From: a virus | Lineage: Duplodnaviria > Heunggongvirae > Uroviricota > Caudoviricetes | Strand: one strand, 5' to 3' | DNA: 64,000 nt | Virus record (IMG/VR): IMGVR_UViG_3300044715_000866 | In this document: piece after piece, positions 23,801-32,477 of the stretch | How positions within the stretch are numbered: the stretch's first letter is position 1 | Layout: each line of letters begins with the position of its first letter | The notes under the pieces: model-generated | Databases searched by the model: none | Told to the model about the DNA's origin: nothing | What the model saw: the letters and a program-made list of their open reading frames with translations, nothing else | Position numbers and translations under genes: made by a program

Positions 23801-26800
23801 CCAATATTTAGGACCAACAGTGCCATCAGCTGCAATATGATTTTTGTAATTAAAGGTAAATGGATTCTGATCATCATATGTTAACGGTGTTGAAAAATCT
23901 ATACCTATATTAAGCGACCAAGAATAAAAATTAGACATTAACGCGTCGTTAAACTCTTGTAAACTATAATCAGATAATTGATAATAACAAGGAATTACAT
24001 CATTTATATCAAAAATAGATTCATCGTATGCTACTTTTATATTATTATAAATTCGTTTTTCTAATTCTAAAATTAAGTCGTCTCTATAGTCATTATATGC
24101 TAATGTTAAACTACCATCATGGCCTTGAATCATCCAGCGAGGCGTAACTAGTGTAGTATCTAAATACATTTTTGGTTCGTATTTAGGCCACATACCTAAC
24201 TTTGTAGGTGTTTCAGGAACTAAACAACCATCAGTAGTATCGTATTCAAAAATAGAAATAATGTCGCCAGTAACTAACTCAGCAGTAACAGTAACAAACC
24301 CTTGGTCACTAAACGTGTAATCTCGTCTATGTAAAAGTTGTAGGTCGTTTAAGTACACATTAACTGCTTTATTTGATAATTTAGATAAACTAAACACTGC
24401 TGATAATGAAAAAATCGTATTGCTTGAATCGGCAACTAAGAAATCAGTTCTTATTTTTGATCCAGTTGGTACCATATCACTAAAGTAATACGATGATGTT
24501 GCTGGTGTATCTTTAATAATAGTCTGTAATATTAAATCAGTATGTGGTACGGTATCTAAATCTACACCAAGTGAGTCGGCTAGATTTATAAAAATACGTT
24601 TAAATTTACAATAGTCATCTCGTGCTTGGTCAATTGCACGAATTACGTTATGTGAGTCTGATGTTATGTGATATACTGCTAAACTAGCAGGACCACTGTG
24701 CTGAATAAACTTTGTGCCAAATTTTGATACACTTCCTAAATCTCTTAAATTACCAACTCCTGGAAAATCTCCAAGAAACTCAGTAGTAGCACGTAAATTA
24801 TCAACAATACTTTCAACATGATCAATCACTTCACCTAATGTAAATTCAGTAAGCTCGCCATTTAATGGGTTGTTCTGTATGTTATTAGGAAATTCATAAT
24901 ACCCATTTGAATTTATTGTAGTATTAGCATACACTTTAAACATTATCGTATCAGTTACTTTAACATCGTTGCTAAAAATAATCCGATAATACGGAAGTAT
25001 TGCATCTTCTGTTCCAATTGTTTGTATCCAATTGTTAACAACAACGCCGTCTACATATGTTTGCTGAGGCACGCACACGCCATTTACATATACCCGCACT
25101 TGAATAAATGCAGGTGCTACATCAAAAATGTCTATATCAAAATTATTAGTTTTATTTGAATTTCGATATAACCGAATTGCTGCTTGTGGTGGACCTACAT
25201 AAGTTTCCCATCCATTTACAAATCCATTATAGCTGCTGTATAAAAAACCGGTGTTTATTTGTTTACTAACTGTAGTTCCGTTATATTCATATTGAAATGT
25301 GTCCGATAATAATGTAAAATTAAATACAATATCACCAATGTTATTAATATTTTTATGCGATAACGAAAACCCTAAATTGTTATCAACAGTACCGTTACCT
25401 ACTTTATAAGAAAAGATTGAAGTTCCTTTAAACGTAGTTCCAGGATATGTACTAGTGTCGCCAAAACTTATTAAATCTTCGTTGTATGCATCAAATAATG
25501 GTAACTGATTTAGCTCTGTCTTTTGTTGGCAAGTAACCCAGCTAATTCCATTAAACCAATACATAGAACCTTGCGCCAATCTTCCTTCTTTTACTAGAAC
25601 TACTTGATCATATTCTGGATATGATTCTAATACTAATCGAATTTGCGCACTTGTTGAACCTAACTTAACCTCATGTTTAACATCAATAAACTCAACACGA
25701 TAAATGTTGTTTGCTACTAACGAATCAGTATCGGCTGTAAATATAACACGCTGACCGTTAGTTAAGGTAACACCATCAATGCTATATCCTAATGATCCTT
25801 CTATTGTTGAAAATGCATCAACAGTAAACTGATCAATAACTGACACATCAGTAATTGCATTACTTCCAAAATTAAATAATTTTAAATTTTTCTCAAATTC
25901 AATGATTGGTCTAACTGCTCGCATTGATTGGTCAAACGATGCATGTATACCATTAAGTGTTGCACTCTGTTCAATAACAGCTTTGTGTATCCATCTATTA
26001 TTTCTACTCCAACCGTTTTTATCGTTACTTCCTCGATTAATAACAATGTAATCAGGTTTACCGGAATACGATACTGCATCACTAAAAGGAGTTGTGTCAA
26101 ACTTAGATGTGTCAAATAATATCGATTCAGATGTAGTATACGGAGTAATAATTTCTAACTGAGATTCATTAATTAATTGAATTGACTCGCCAACTCCTTC
26201 AACATAATACCGTCCAGTTTTGTACTCAGCAGGGTAAATATTTCCAACAAACCGAACTTTCATTCCGTTACTTAATAAACTATTAGAGCCAAATTGATAC
26301 GTTAGTTTACCTATAATATCAGCATCAACATTAAGTTCTCCACTTATTGCAGGATCTAAAATAATAAATAATCCACCAAAATTTACATCACTTTCACTAA
26401 CATAAAATAATTCAGATGGTGCATTGTCCGGAACAGTGAATTCAATAATACCATTTTCAGTTGCATTGTTTAATAATGTAGGAGTGATATATCGATTTAT
26501 TTCCCCTGCATCGCGGTCAGTTTTAATACTAAATGGATGTCCAGTGCTATCAATTTTAAAATAATAAGTATAACCTTTGTATAATGTAATAGTTGGGTTT
26601 TGTAAAGTAGTGTTTGCCGAAAATAGATAAGATTCAGAATTTATCGATACACTGTATGTACTAATAACATCGTATTGCAGTGCAGTACTAATAGTAACTG
26701 TGTCTGCGCCATTTGGCATCCAGTAATAATTTTGAAAATTAACAAACTTATCCCAATCAATGTGCGGATTCCAACTATAAAATTCTTCTTTATTTACGCG

Positions 26801-27202
26801 AGAATGATTTGATGCATTATCATTTCCGTTTTTATCAAATGACACGTTTGCGCCAAAAACTCGCAACTGGTTTATGTAATCTTGATAGTCTTTTAAAAAT
26901 ATATTGTTACCTAAGTCGTTCTCAATTACAAACCCAGGTTCTAATTGATAATTTTGACGTAATCTAGTAGGTGCATTTACAAACACATCATCTGACGTTG
27001 TTGCTTTTGAATTCATTCGACCAATGTAACCGCTAACTTTGTTAACAGAACCTGATTGTGTAAGTTGAGTTAATGTTGATTTAAAAAACTTTTTATTAGC
27101 ATCTGTTTTATAAAATGCAGGTAACAAACTAGCAACATTTGCGCGATCGCTGTCGTTGATAGCGTTTGATCTAGGTATAAAATTGTTTTTGTTGTCAGCC
27201 AT
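14849..27202 (-). CDS. Giant (4117 aa) baseplate wedge-associated structural protein (gp7-like position)
   Basis: Uninterrupted 12.3-kb ORF directly after gp6 with 1-nt overlap. Beta-rich, with repeated aromatic modules. Confidence 0.7.
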   Translation of the reverse strand: MADNKNNFIPRSNAINDSDRANVASLLPAFYKTDANKKFFKSTLTQLTQSGSVNKVSGYIGRMNSKATTSDDVFVNAPTRLRQNYQLEPGFVIENDLGNNIFLKDYQDYINQLRVFGANVSFDKNGNDNASNHSRVNKEEFYSWNPHIDWDKFVNFQNYYWMPNGADTVTISTALQYDVISTYSVSINSESYLFSANTTLQNPTITLYKGYTYYFKIDSTGHPFSIKTDRDAGEINRYITPTLLNNATENGIIEFTVPDNAPSELFYVSESDVNFGGLFIILDPAISGELNVDADIIGKLTYQFGSNSLLSNGMKVRFVGNIYPAEYKTGRYYVEGVGESIQLINESQLEIITPYTTSESILFDTSKFDTTPFSDAVSYSGKPDYIVINRGSNDKNGWSRNNRWIHKAVIEQSATLNGIHASFDQSMRAVRPIIEFEKNLKLFNFGSNAITDVSVIDQFTVDAFSTIEGSLGYSIDGVTLTNGQRVIFTADTDSLVANNIYRVEFIDVKHEVKLGSTSAQIRLVLESYPEYDQVVLVKEGRLAQGSMYWFNGISWVTCQQKTELNQLPLFDAYNEDLISFGDTSTYPGTTFKGTSIFSYKVGNGTVDNNLGFSLSHKNINNIGDIVFNFTLLSDTFQYEYNGTTVSKQINTGFLYSSYNGFVNGWETYVGPPQAAIRLYRNSNKTNNFDIDIFDVAPAFIQVRVYVNGVCVPQQTYVDGVVVNNWIQTIGTEDAILPYYRIIFSNDVKVTDTIMFKVYANTTINSNGYYEFPNNIQNNPLNGELTEFTLGEVIDHVESIVDNLRATTEFLGDFPGVGNLRDLGSVSKFGTKFIQHSGPASLAVYHITSDSHNVIRAIDQARDDYCKFKRIFINLADSLGVDLDTVPHTDLILQTIIKDTPATSSYYFSDMVPTGSKIRTDFLVADSSNTIFSLSAVFSLSKLSNKAVNVYLNDLQLLHRRDYTFSDQGFVTVTAELVTGDIISIFEYDTTDGCLVPETPTKLGMWPKYEPKMYLDTTLVTPRWMIQGHDGSLTLAYNDYRDDLILELEKRIYNNIKVAYDESIFDINDVIPCYYQLSDYSLQEFNDALMSNFYSWSLNIGIDFSTPLTYDDQNPFTFNYKNHIAADGTVGPKYWRGIYQWMLRTDRPHICPWEMLGFSEEPLWWVSVYGPAPYTKDNLILWEDLSNGLVKDPAFTYNIFKHIKPDLLDHIPVDSDGRLVDPRISNFTTGIISQSNQGDFTFGDVSPLESAWRRHSHYSFSVIKTAILLTPAKTIGLLLDRSRIKRNNAGQLIYSETGLRIKPSDIVLPSIYLGNDRVQTAGLLNYLVNYLNCESLQQYNEYKHNLKLITAKLCYRVSGFTSKEKFNLLLDSKSPTTVGSVFIPQEDYTVVLNTSSPIATITYSGVIITKVEGGFEIKGYSKLQPYFRYYEGLGVGTIVNIGGISEAYAVWGALQTFVEGKIVLYNKKYYRVTTTHVASSVFDNSYFAMLGELPIIGGVSAGFKQKWVKTPVILQYGSKLDSIQAVVDFLLGYGQWLIEQGFDFNDFNTDLRDIANWETSAKEFLFWTTSNWKSMQDTWYEWSPYTAIQRGDIVRFNGSYFTALKSIQSDIFNIGDYEFLPGLDIVGSALISLSPAANKLTFTSILSVVDSISNTNNICELLDISGHQITVPMIQLYRTDNAISYSPRDESGIYCASFYLVQHEHVVILNNSTMFNDTIYNLESGYKQDKLKVSGYVSTLWNGSLDVPGFVIDQAKISEWTPWKSYAVSDVVQHRSFFYSAKSSIQGDETFVDDHWVMLSKKPTSKLLPNWNYKASQFTDFYSLDSENFDVNQQKMAQHLTGYQKRQYLENIIQDDVSEYKFYQGMILEKGTQNVLNKLFDVLSADDQSSLQFYEEWAVRSGQYGACNAFDTLECVLDESLFKTNPQGFELVDSKPLNTDLVIRHLPTDLYVKPVGYRSATAFQAAPSVASSAIYARLDEVKTSVKSHTELLALNILNYTYYDYILCTFVENSWNVYQYVKLPLSVVSVEQIDTGYTITVHESISFANNAFIGIKDNTHTTPELIDGFFKVSNVNYANNSFEIAIPNSRAVQVVTARIEIGILVARKISSIDNNTCTFNELLPAIKVTFTAGSGYTMSHTYNAVQLVYVSGSTATEYPTANITTNDKGLVDSVTLVTHGNGFIDNTTVMTYYGMGSGTGFTVKVASIVPSNNVAWVDNENGQWETWKYNPVYKSVVIDNGIFNGSVGSKIVANKEGNLVAVLTPTNVYIFKLQLTSSLVKPVDWVVLQKLNIVASEIALSKDGSWLATTENNKVKLYKNNSSDYYEYNFTLDRPSSPMQFGKTLTFDNTTLFIGTNNNRIYKATYSAIESATVQAYYNPNGSSQTTLVVSSAAQLVSGMRLSGIGFTTGQTIRSIINSTTVLLDEMPDSTPEGVITFSKIAWQINTSTFIKPSSTFGKDVVISDNNVLAVLAASHVYVYNNYDNYTDPIITIPATDFSFASSIAISKNADYVAVLNSSYILVYSTDTLERIRILNPSNMPGSYATSKVQFVNNFNTIIVKSDTTVDIFDIYKTKWQFSERITGIYGTSFISTSSNIIVTSDNANQIHHYIKPTNTYSWAVQHRAITKPNISKIKQVIMYDKNTNTPVKYLDIVDPVQEKFPEVINREVKFKTTYDPATYSVGNSTVNVDEGIAWAADQVGVLWWDKRTTKFMDNYTDNVVYRNSVWSTLAPGASVDVYEWVKSTVKPSVWDDDAGTEAGLALGISGTSLYGDLAYSTVSAYDTLSQRFTYTYYFWVKNKTTISISGRELSASDASAIIANPRGEGYQCIALTGENSFSLVNVRPLLTHTNIVLLIEYWLIDKTDQNIHTQWKLISSSPQSILPANIEQKWINSLCGNDEYNRIVPDQKIPVKLRYGIENRPRQSMFVNRFEALKQHIEEVNRILRDNDQPIVDTCNLSNLQKYDIPPTLISGLYDKSIDTDAELQFVITKKFVKASVAPVIVNGKIIDILVVEPGRGYVVAPTINVHGVGINARIKAKISSTGSIEGCEILNAGEGYLQNTVLTIRSFSVLVSSDLQANGKWSIYSYEPSTSIWSKSVSQAYDTMQYWHKVDWYAPSYSQFTAINHAVNTYADLGAFEIEVGQTVKVLTTTANRWVLLKKWKEIDSTNWADAYNVVGSQEGTIQFSSLLYNFLNTPVGYDGMLYDLGVYDNYALVELRIILNAIKDDLLIDNSKYLSLFFASVRYAMSEQTYVDWIFKTSFVNVMHNVGSLRKSVTYKNDNLANFEDYVSEVKPYRTQIREYVSSYNSIETAELSVTDFDLPAIINPTTKRAEPMEITVYDDIIFSSHYALDELYPWKHWLDNVGFSVTSINIIDGGSGYVTEPIVNIVSSWGSGATARAFILNGSINRIIVLTPGSKYRSTPTVVITGGVSNDGTPAVAAAIIGNSVIRTNLIKMKFDRVSQLTTITELEQAETILTTLVTGNRLQFPLKWAPNVKIGTHSVTVNGLLEIRDNYTLQVVKSTSKGFTEYTGAITFSHKPEKNSVIVVNYLIDSSVLNAVDRIEHYYNPQIGDLGKDLAQLMVGIDYGGVEVSGLDFNVKHGWESYTYDTIKWDNVNSKFNDVKVVYTTGGVKAPVTIHFPDDGFNIPAIGTELNVYYDANPANRSPIRIDGTAIMQTPTVTGDVTTIVIPELFFEILFEAEQLDIPSSCMFIVREVTSDGTDENDNDYDVAISGGRFSASSASGLAPEDIVIDGDKFENIFAGPEEIVPGQVVDTVAIKVYTTIDNVTYTYMQFKDMLNRVHYKRLPASKQTTLTVMLLNTDTTITLDDVSMLDQPDPLTNKPGVIEIGGERIEYFTINNNTVGQLRRGTLGTSIPEIHYASSIVQIIGISETIPYADTTLIEYHSLEKKSVIRVDENSELYHIYGKSIVVNLSFRPNKSKIIWKGAESASIVRKGFGQCNDIEVFVGGYDSSSSWMPNVFYNTDDIVTFGSYTYKCKSPHTSADSFKSDYDIWGFFVGNIRLQKTPYKVFNERLGIEEVFPADFSVNGIFKTVRLSQTFMLGDKTLITVIKRTGNKWVADQTIINFINAVPGAEHITLQDTFDNITDTFGSDEIQF

Positions 27203-30200
27203 TAGATACTCCCATATGATGAACTTGTTATTAATTGTGTGTTTGAGGTGTTGTTATTTGCAATTACATTTGACGATTTAATATTACTTGAAGTTAACCC
27301 TGATACTACTTCAATATCAGTTACAGTTGCACTGCTTAACAAAATTTGGTTGCTTACCGCTTTTATTTCAAATAATCCTCCAAAATTAAGCTCTGAATGT
27401 TTTGGAACAATTACAAAATTAGAAATATACGGTGATGCTTGAGTACAAACATATGCTGATAACTCAGTAAAATAAAATGTATCACCAAAATCCCAATTAT
27501 CTAATGCAAAAAATGTGTTTATTGCAACGATAACTTTTGACTTAATGTCGTTATCTGAAATAACTTGTCCTGGTGTTTTTGTAATTTTAAAAGTTGCTTG
27601 CACTTCTGGTGCAGCTGAAGACCCAAATAAGATTTTGTAACTAACTGGATGATATACAACTTCATCTGATATAGACTTAATTAAATTTAACGAAGGCGCA
27701 ATTGTATTATAAAGTTCGTCTGAACCCGGCGGGAGCGGTTTAGTAGATATTGATCCGTTTATCCATTGGCGCATTTCAATGTCATAACCTTTTGTTAACA
27801 CATATACATCGATAAAATTACTTGCACTTGGGTCAATTCTTGAATTGTAACTAGCATTATGGGTATATTGGAATTTGATTTTATCGCGACCATTATATAC
27901 TTTGTAATCTAGTGACGGCTCTAATACTGACGCATCTGAGCATTTCAACACAATACCTGCATCTTTAACATAGTAATATTTCCCCGGTACAGGACTTATT
28001 TCAAATACATTATTACAAATTAATACAATTGCATTATTGTTATCTACATATCGATAATCTTCTTGACCTTGCGAAATTAAATATCGTTCTTGAACAACAT
28101 AAGTGTCTGGAGAGACAACCTGTTCGAATAACTCCGGATCATCAACAACTCCGTTGTTATCAGAATCAGCAAACGTTATTACAATTTTTTTGTTATCTAT
28201 ATACCCGTCTAATCCATTATACTCTGAAACAATATCCCATTTAAGATCATTCTTAAATGACGCAAAATTATCATATGGTAATGTGTTAATGTTTAAAATA
28301 TTAATCTTATCCTGTACTACTGAGCTAGACACGCTATTATACACAGTTTCACTGCTATCAAAATAAAATCGAATTTCTTTATCACTTTCAAAAATATAGC
28401 GAAGCTCTCGGTTTTCAATTGTATAATATTCGTTATCAGTAGTAAATGATATCATCCAACTAGAGTCTAAGTGTTTGTTTGTGTTATTTTTTTGTGAATT
28501 TAAATCAAACGTAGAAGTTAAGTTTAAATTTGATTCGTATACAATTATCCAAGATTGGGTAGCCGCATCATAAGATAATCCAAATGATTTATTTTCAAAA
28601 ATTAAATCAATCATAGTAGTAATAACACTTGATTCTAAGCTAGTTCTCCATCTAGGTATTACTTGTATAATAACGGAACCTGCTGGTAATGCAACACTAC
28701 TGGTTATTTGATTTCCTACAACTTTTACAATAGTTGCCCATAATGTATTAATACCATCAATAGATATCTTAATTAATGTACCAACTGTCATATATGCCAA
28801 TTTATCAGCAGCAACATTAACGGTAGAAGTATCACCTGCAGTAGACCATAATTCATTCCATGATAAATTTGTTGCATACGCATAATTCATATAATAAAAA
28901 TTACGTATCCCTGCTTTTTTAAGAATAGTGCTTAATGTATTATATATTATACCTTGTATATCAGTTTTATTAGTATACGAAAACTTAACAGACGATTTAA
29001 ACACATCTTTATATATTACACCGTCTGTAGCAAATAAATTAGTTGAACTAAACTTTCCAGTTGGATCAACTAAATCAAAATATCTACTAATTCCACTTGA
29101 TGCACGGTTTATTGCTTTAACTTTTAATACTTGTTGGCTAGCACTTAACGGGCAAATGTTATAATCTTCACCTGTAATCATTCTGTTTTGTGTATAAAAC
29201 GTAGCTGGCGCATTTGCTTTAATACTTGCATTAGATTCAGTTGATTCTGCATTTGAAACCGACGATGCAAGAGACATGTTTAACGTTAATGTTTCCGATT
29301 TTCCGGTATTAGAAAGATACGGCACCGATAACGACACATTTCTAATGTCGCGAGGATGAATAGTGTACGAAACACCATTGCTAGTTCTATAATAAACTTT
29401 AAATGTTCCTAACGGTTTGTTTCCAAACGTGCCATCACTAAACGACAAGCTTACTGCATCATTTGCACGAGTTATAACACTAAAAATATTCTTAATACTT
29501 TTGTTAACACTATTGTAAATTATGTTATTACCTTCAACACTAGGAACTTTAGTCCACAAATTTTCATCTAATTCAGCACCGTTTTTATCTAACTGATATA
29601 ACCATACATCAGTTTCATTTATATTAGTTGTGCCAACGTCGATAATTTCATTGCTTCTTGGTTGATCAACTGTAAATTGACTAGATGCTAATGTACCCTG
29701 TGTAAAGTTTAAAAAGAACCCTGATCCTGCACTGCCGTATCCTCTTCCATCATTCCTAAAAATACAAGAAAGCTGATTGTTGTCTTTTGGAGTTTCTTCG
29801 TAAATAAAATCCTTACCAGAGAATGTAGTACTAGTTACTTCAAACGTCATCATTTTACCAGCTACTGTTTTAGTAAACGAGTAAACAGGCACGCCTGTTG
29901 AATTTGAACTTAATCTATATCGTTCAGTTGGAATTCCGTAAATTGTAGCTTTATCTGATGGGTTGCCAAATTGTTGTGTAGGCTGCATTGCTGCATTCAT
30001 AATTTTAATAAATTGGTCATACCAACTATCATTAGATGAATCGTTCCACGACACTACTTGTCCTGATAAGTTTCGACCATTACCATCAAGAATGTTTTCT
30101 GAAGTTTGTACTGAAGTTACTTTCATTAATCCTGATGCAGCAGTTGTGCGTTTGGCGTTGTAACTAATCAATCTTGATAATCGCAAAACACTTTCTCTGC

Positions 30201-30477
30201 GTTCTGCTAATTCTAAGAAATTCTCCCTAGCGTTTAAATCTACTCGAAATGCTACACTTTGTCCTAAGAATGCAATTACATCAAGTAATGCTAAGTATTC
30301 CGAACTTTCAATATAATCATTAAAGTCTTCTGGATAATTTTGGCGAATATAATCAACCATTACACGACGTAAATTTTCAAAATCGTAACTTTGAAAATCT
30401 GCGTTTCTAAAAGATTGATAAATTTTCTTCCAATCTTCCGTTACTAGTAATCTATTTTGTCTGTCAGTTGCACTCAT
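27202..30477 (-). CDS. gp6: Baseplate wedge subunit (T4 gp6-like)
   Basis: DFQSYDFENLR..M..YI...YPEDFNDYIESSE..ALLD.IA..GQ...FR.DLNARENFLE.AERR N-terminus. Follows gp25. Confidence 0.85.
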   Translation of the reverse strand: MSATDRQNRLLVTEDWKKIYQSFRNADFQSYDFENLRRVMVDYIRQNYPEDFNDYIESSEYLALLDVIAFLGQSVAFRVDLNARENFLELAERRESVLRLSRLISYNAKRTTAASGLMKVTSVQTSENILDGNGRNLSGQVVSWNDSSNDSWYDQFIKIMNAAMQPTQQFGNPSDKATIYGIPTERYRLSSNSTGVPVYSFTKTVAGKMMTFEVTSTTFSGKDFIYEETPKDNNQLSCIFRNDGRGYGSAGSGFFLNFTQGTLASSQFTVDQPRSNEIIDVGTTNINETDVWLYQLDKNGAELDENLWTKVPSVEGNNIIYNSVNKSIKNIFSVITRANDAVSLSFSDGTFGNKPLGTFKVYYRTSNGVSYTIHPRDIRNVSLSVPYLSNTGKSETLTLNMSLASSVSNAESTESNASIKANAPATFYTQNRMITGEDYNICPLSASQQVLKVKAINRASSGISRYFDLVDPTGKFSSTNLFATDGVIYKDVFKSSVKFSYTNKTDIQGIIYNTLSTILKKAGIRNFYYMNYAYATNLSWNELWSTAGDTSTVNVAADKLAYMTVGTLIKISIDGINTLWATIVKVVGNQITSSVALPAGSVIIQVIPRWRTSLESSVITTMIDLIFENKSFGLSYDAATQSWIIVYESNLNLTSTFDLNSQKNNTNKHLDSSWMISFTTDNEYYTIENRELRYIFESDKEIRFYFDSSETVYNSVSSSVVQDKINILNINTLPYDNFASFKNDLKWDIVSEYNGLDGYIDNKKIVITFADSDNNGVVDDPELFEQVVSPDTYVVQERYLISQGQEDYRYVDNNNAIVLICNNVFEISPVPGKYYYVKDAGIVLKCSDASVLEPSLDYKVYNGRDKIKFQYTHNASYNSRIDPSASNFIDVYVLTKGYDIEMRQWINGSISTKPLPPGSDELYNTIAPSLNLIKSISDEVVYHPVSYKILFGSSAAPEVQATFKITKTPGQVISDNDIKSKVIVAINTFFALDNWDFGDTFYFTELSAYVCTQASPYISNFVIVPKHSELNFGGLFEIKAVSNQILLSSATVTDIEVVSGLTSSNIKSSNVIANNNTSNTQLITSSSYGSI

Positions 30478-30496
30478 GTTGTTGTCCTAATAAAGG

Positions 30497-30503
30497 TATT
30501 TAT
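30497..30503 (-). promoter_or_regulatory. Late promoter core ATAAATA
   Basis: Intergenic, about 20 nt upstream of the gp6 start. Confidence 0.55.
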
Positions 30504-30527
30504 TGAAAATTTTAACCGCGCAGTTTA

Positions 30528-30965
30528 TTACGCTATTAAGCCATTTGTTTGGTCAAATCGCAGACTAATTTGTTCTGTAAGGTTATATGGAGTGTATGTT
30601 AGAGAGAACACAATAGATATACCGCTTTCATATGTTGAGATATTTGTATCTGATACTTGTACTCTAGGATCATAGTTAATAATTGCTTCTACATCCTGTT
30701 TAATCATCCCTTTAATATCTTCAGTTAATGGCTCAAATAGCAAGTCCCATATAATAGTACCAAATCGAGGAAGCATTACTCGCTCACCTTGGCGTACATG
30801 AAAATGATTTAAAATATCCTGCTTAATAAGTTCAAAATCATACAAACTGAAATGCTCAGTTTTATTACTTACAGTACTAAATCCTTTATAAGTTTTTGGT
30901 TTAACTATGTCATTCTGTTTTTTTAAAACTGCAGGAATTTTTATTCTTGTATATAAGTCTGTCAT
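30528..30965 (-). CDS. gp25: Baseplate wedge / sheath initiator (gp25-like)
   Basis: LIKQDILNHF..RQGERVM.P.FG..IWDLLFEPL...I..D...I..YDPRV. Confidence 0.9.
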   Translation of the reverse strand: MTDLYTRIKIPAVLKKQNDIVKPKTYKGFSTVSNKTEHFSLYDFELIKQDILNHFHVRQGERVMLPRFGTIIWDLLFEPLTEDIKGMIKQDVEAIINYDPRVQVSDTNISTYESGISIVFSLTYTPYNLTEQISLRFDQTNGLIA

Positions 30966-32470
30966 TGGTCTTTTTCCGGTGGTTTAATTTTTTCAAACGT
31001 GTCTGTATCTATTGTGTATTTGGTCCATGCTTCTGGTGGTGTTTTCATTTCTTCATTAGTACCTTCAGTCCTGCCTTTACCATCTCGATTAGTTACCGGT
31101 GATTTAAACTTTTCTGGATCTAAATTTTCATGCTGCGGATATGGTTCATGTGTCGGTACACGCATCATTATTGAATTTAGTGTTTTATCTTTTACGTCAG
31201 TCGGTAATACATGTATCTTTAATGGTTTTGCTGCTACTGACGTTGCTTTTCCTGAATTTAAATGTATCTGACCGCCATCTATAGCAGTATTCGCTGCCTT
31301 AACACCAAAATCGCCAGTAATTGCATAATCAAACTTTCCACCAATAGTAATGTTGCCATCTTTAGTTGCTTTGATTGTAAAATTTTCACCAGTTTCAATA
31401 TGCATTTCTTTTAATGCTTTAAAATTTATGTTACTATCTGCTTGAAAATTTATATCTCGACCGGCATGGAAATTAAAATCAGTTTCTGTATGAAAACTAA
31501 TACTATCCTTAGCATACACATCAATCTTTCCGTTAGCTGTCATTTCAATCCAAGAATTACCACTACCGTGTGAGATGTAAATTAAATCTTCACTGTTATG
31601 TAACAGTATTTGATGTCCAGTGCGTGTTCTAATACGGATTAACTCATTATGCGGGGTACTATAATCTTTTGCTGATTCGCCTTGTTCAATTGCAATATAT
31701 TTAGGCGCGGCATCTTTTGCAGGTTTTTCCCTAACATACTTGTCGTCACCATCATCCATTACAAATGTAGATCCGCCATGTCTTGTTACATAAGCGTTTT
31801 TTATAGGATGATCTTGTTTACCAATCGTACCTTGCTTTCCACTTTTGTTAAGGGGTCCAGGAGTTGAAATACCAAATACCATACTTGGTGTTTCACGGCG
31901 TGAGCTGCTAGTTGTAATACCACGGATGTCATCTTTAATTAAGCCACCGCCCTCTGTGCCTTGTTCTAAGACTGTTGCAAATGGATGTTTTGGTTTTTTA
32001 AATTTAGTAGAATCAGTTCCTGTATTCTTACTAGTCTTATTATATTCAGTAACCGGCAATCTAGATTTGTCATCAGCTGTATTAAATTTTGTAGCTGCTA
32101 TGCCTGGAACCATAAAATTCATATGATCATCTTGTACGCAACCAATCCAATATGCACGTTTTACATCACCATTTATAAAAAATACAATAACGGTTGACCC
32201 AGGATCAGGTGGAACCATCCACATACCGTAACTTTGTCTTTCATCTTCTTCAGGATTATTGCTTTTTGGAGTAATCCCGTAAAACGGTGACATATATTTT
32301 GCCGGAATTACTTGCCCTGCTACTGGTTCGCTACCTGATATTCTTAGAATTTCAACCTCTATGCCGCCCATATAAATTGCGTCTAGATGTCCAACTACTT
32401 TTGCCAAAAACGGACCAGGTGTGGCATTAGGCTGCCCAATCGGCGATGACATTTCATTTCTTGTACCCAT
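30962..32470 (-). CDS. Baseplate hub/central spike (gp5/VgrG-like; no lysozyme domain seen)
   Basis: OB-fold-like N-terminus (GPFLAKVV...VPPDPGSTVIVFF.NGD...YWIG) and C-terminal short beta-helix repeats. Confidence 0.7.
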   Translation of the reverse strand: MGTRNEMSSPIGQPNATPGPFLAKVVGHLDAIYMGGIEVEILRISGSEPVAGQVIPAKYMSPFYGITPKSNNPEEDERQSYGMWMVPPDPGSTVIVFFINGDVKRAYWIGCVQDDHMNFMVPGIAATKFNTADDKSRLPVTEYNKTSKNTGTDSTKFKKPKHPFATVLEQGTEGGGLIKDDIRGITTSSSRRETPSMVFGISTPGPLNKSGKQGTIGKQDHPIKNAYVTRHGGSTFVMDDGDDKYVREKPAKDAAPKYIAIEQGESAKDYSTPHNELIRIRTRTGHQILLHNSEDLIYISHGSGNSWIEMTANGKIDVYAKDSISFHTETDFNFHAGRDINFQADSNINFKALKEMHIETGENFTIKATKDGNITIGGKFDYAITGDFGVKAANTAIDGGQIHLNSGKATSVAAKPLKIHVLPTDVKDKTLNSIMMRVPTHEPYPQHENLDPEKFKSPVTNRDGKGRTEGTNEEMKTPPEAWTKYTIDTDTFEKIKPPEKDQ

Positions 32471-32477
32471 ATTATTC

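Noticed and set aside
14849-27202. Intein in the 4117-aa protein
   Set aside because: No LAGLIDADG blocks or splice-junction motifs noticed on reading the translation.
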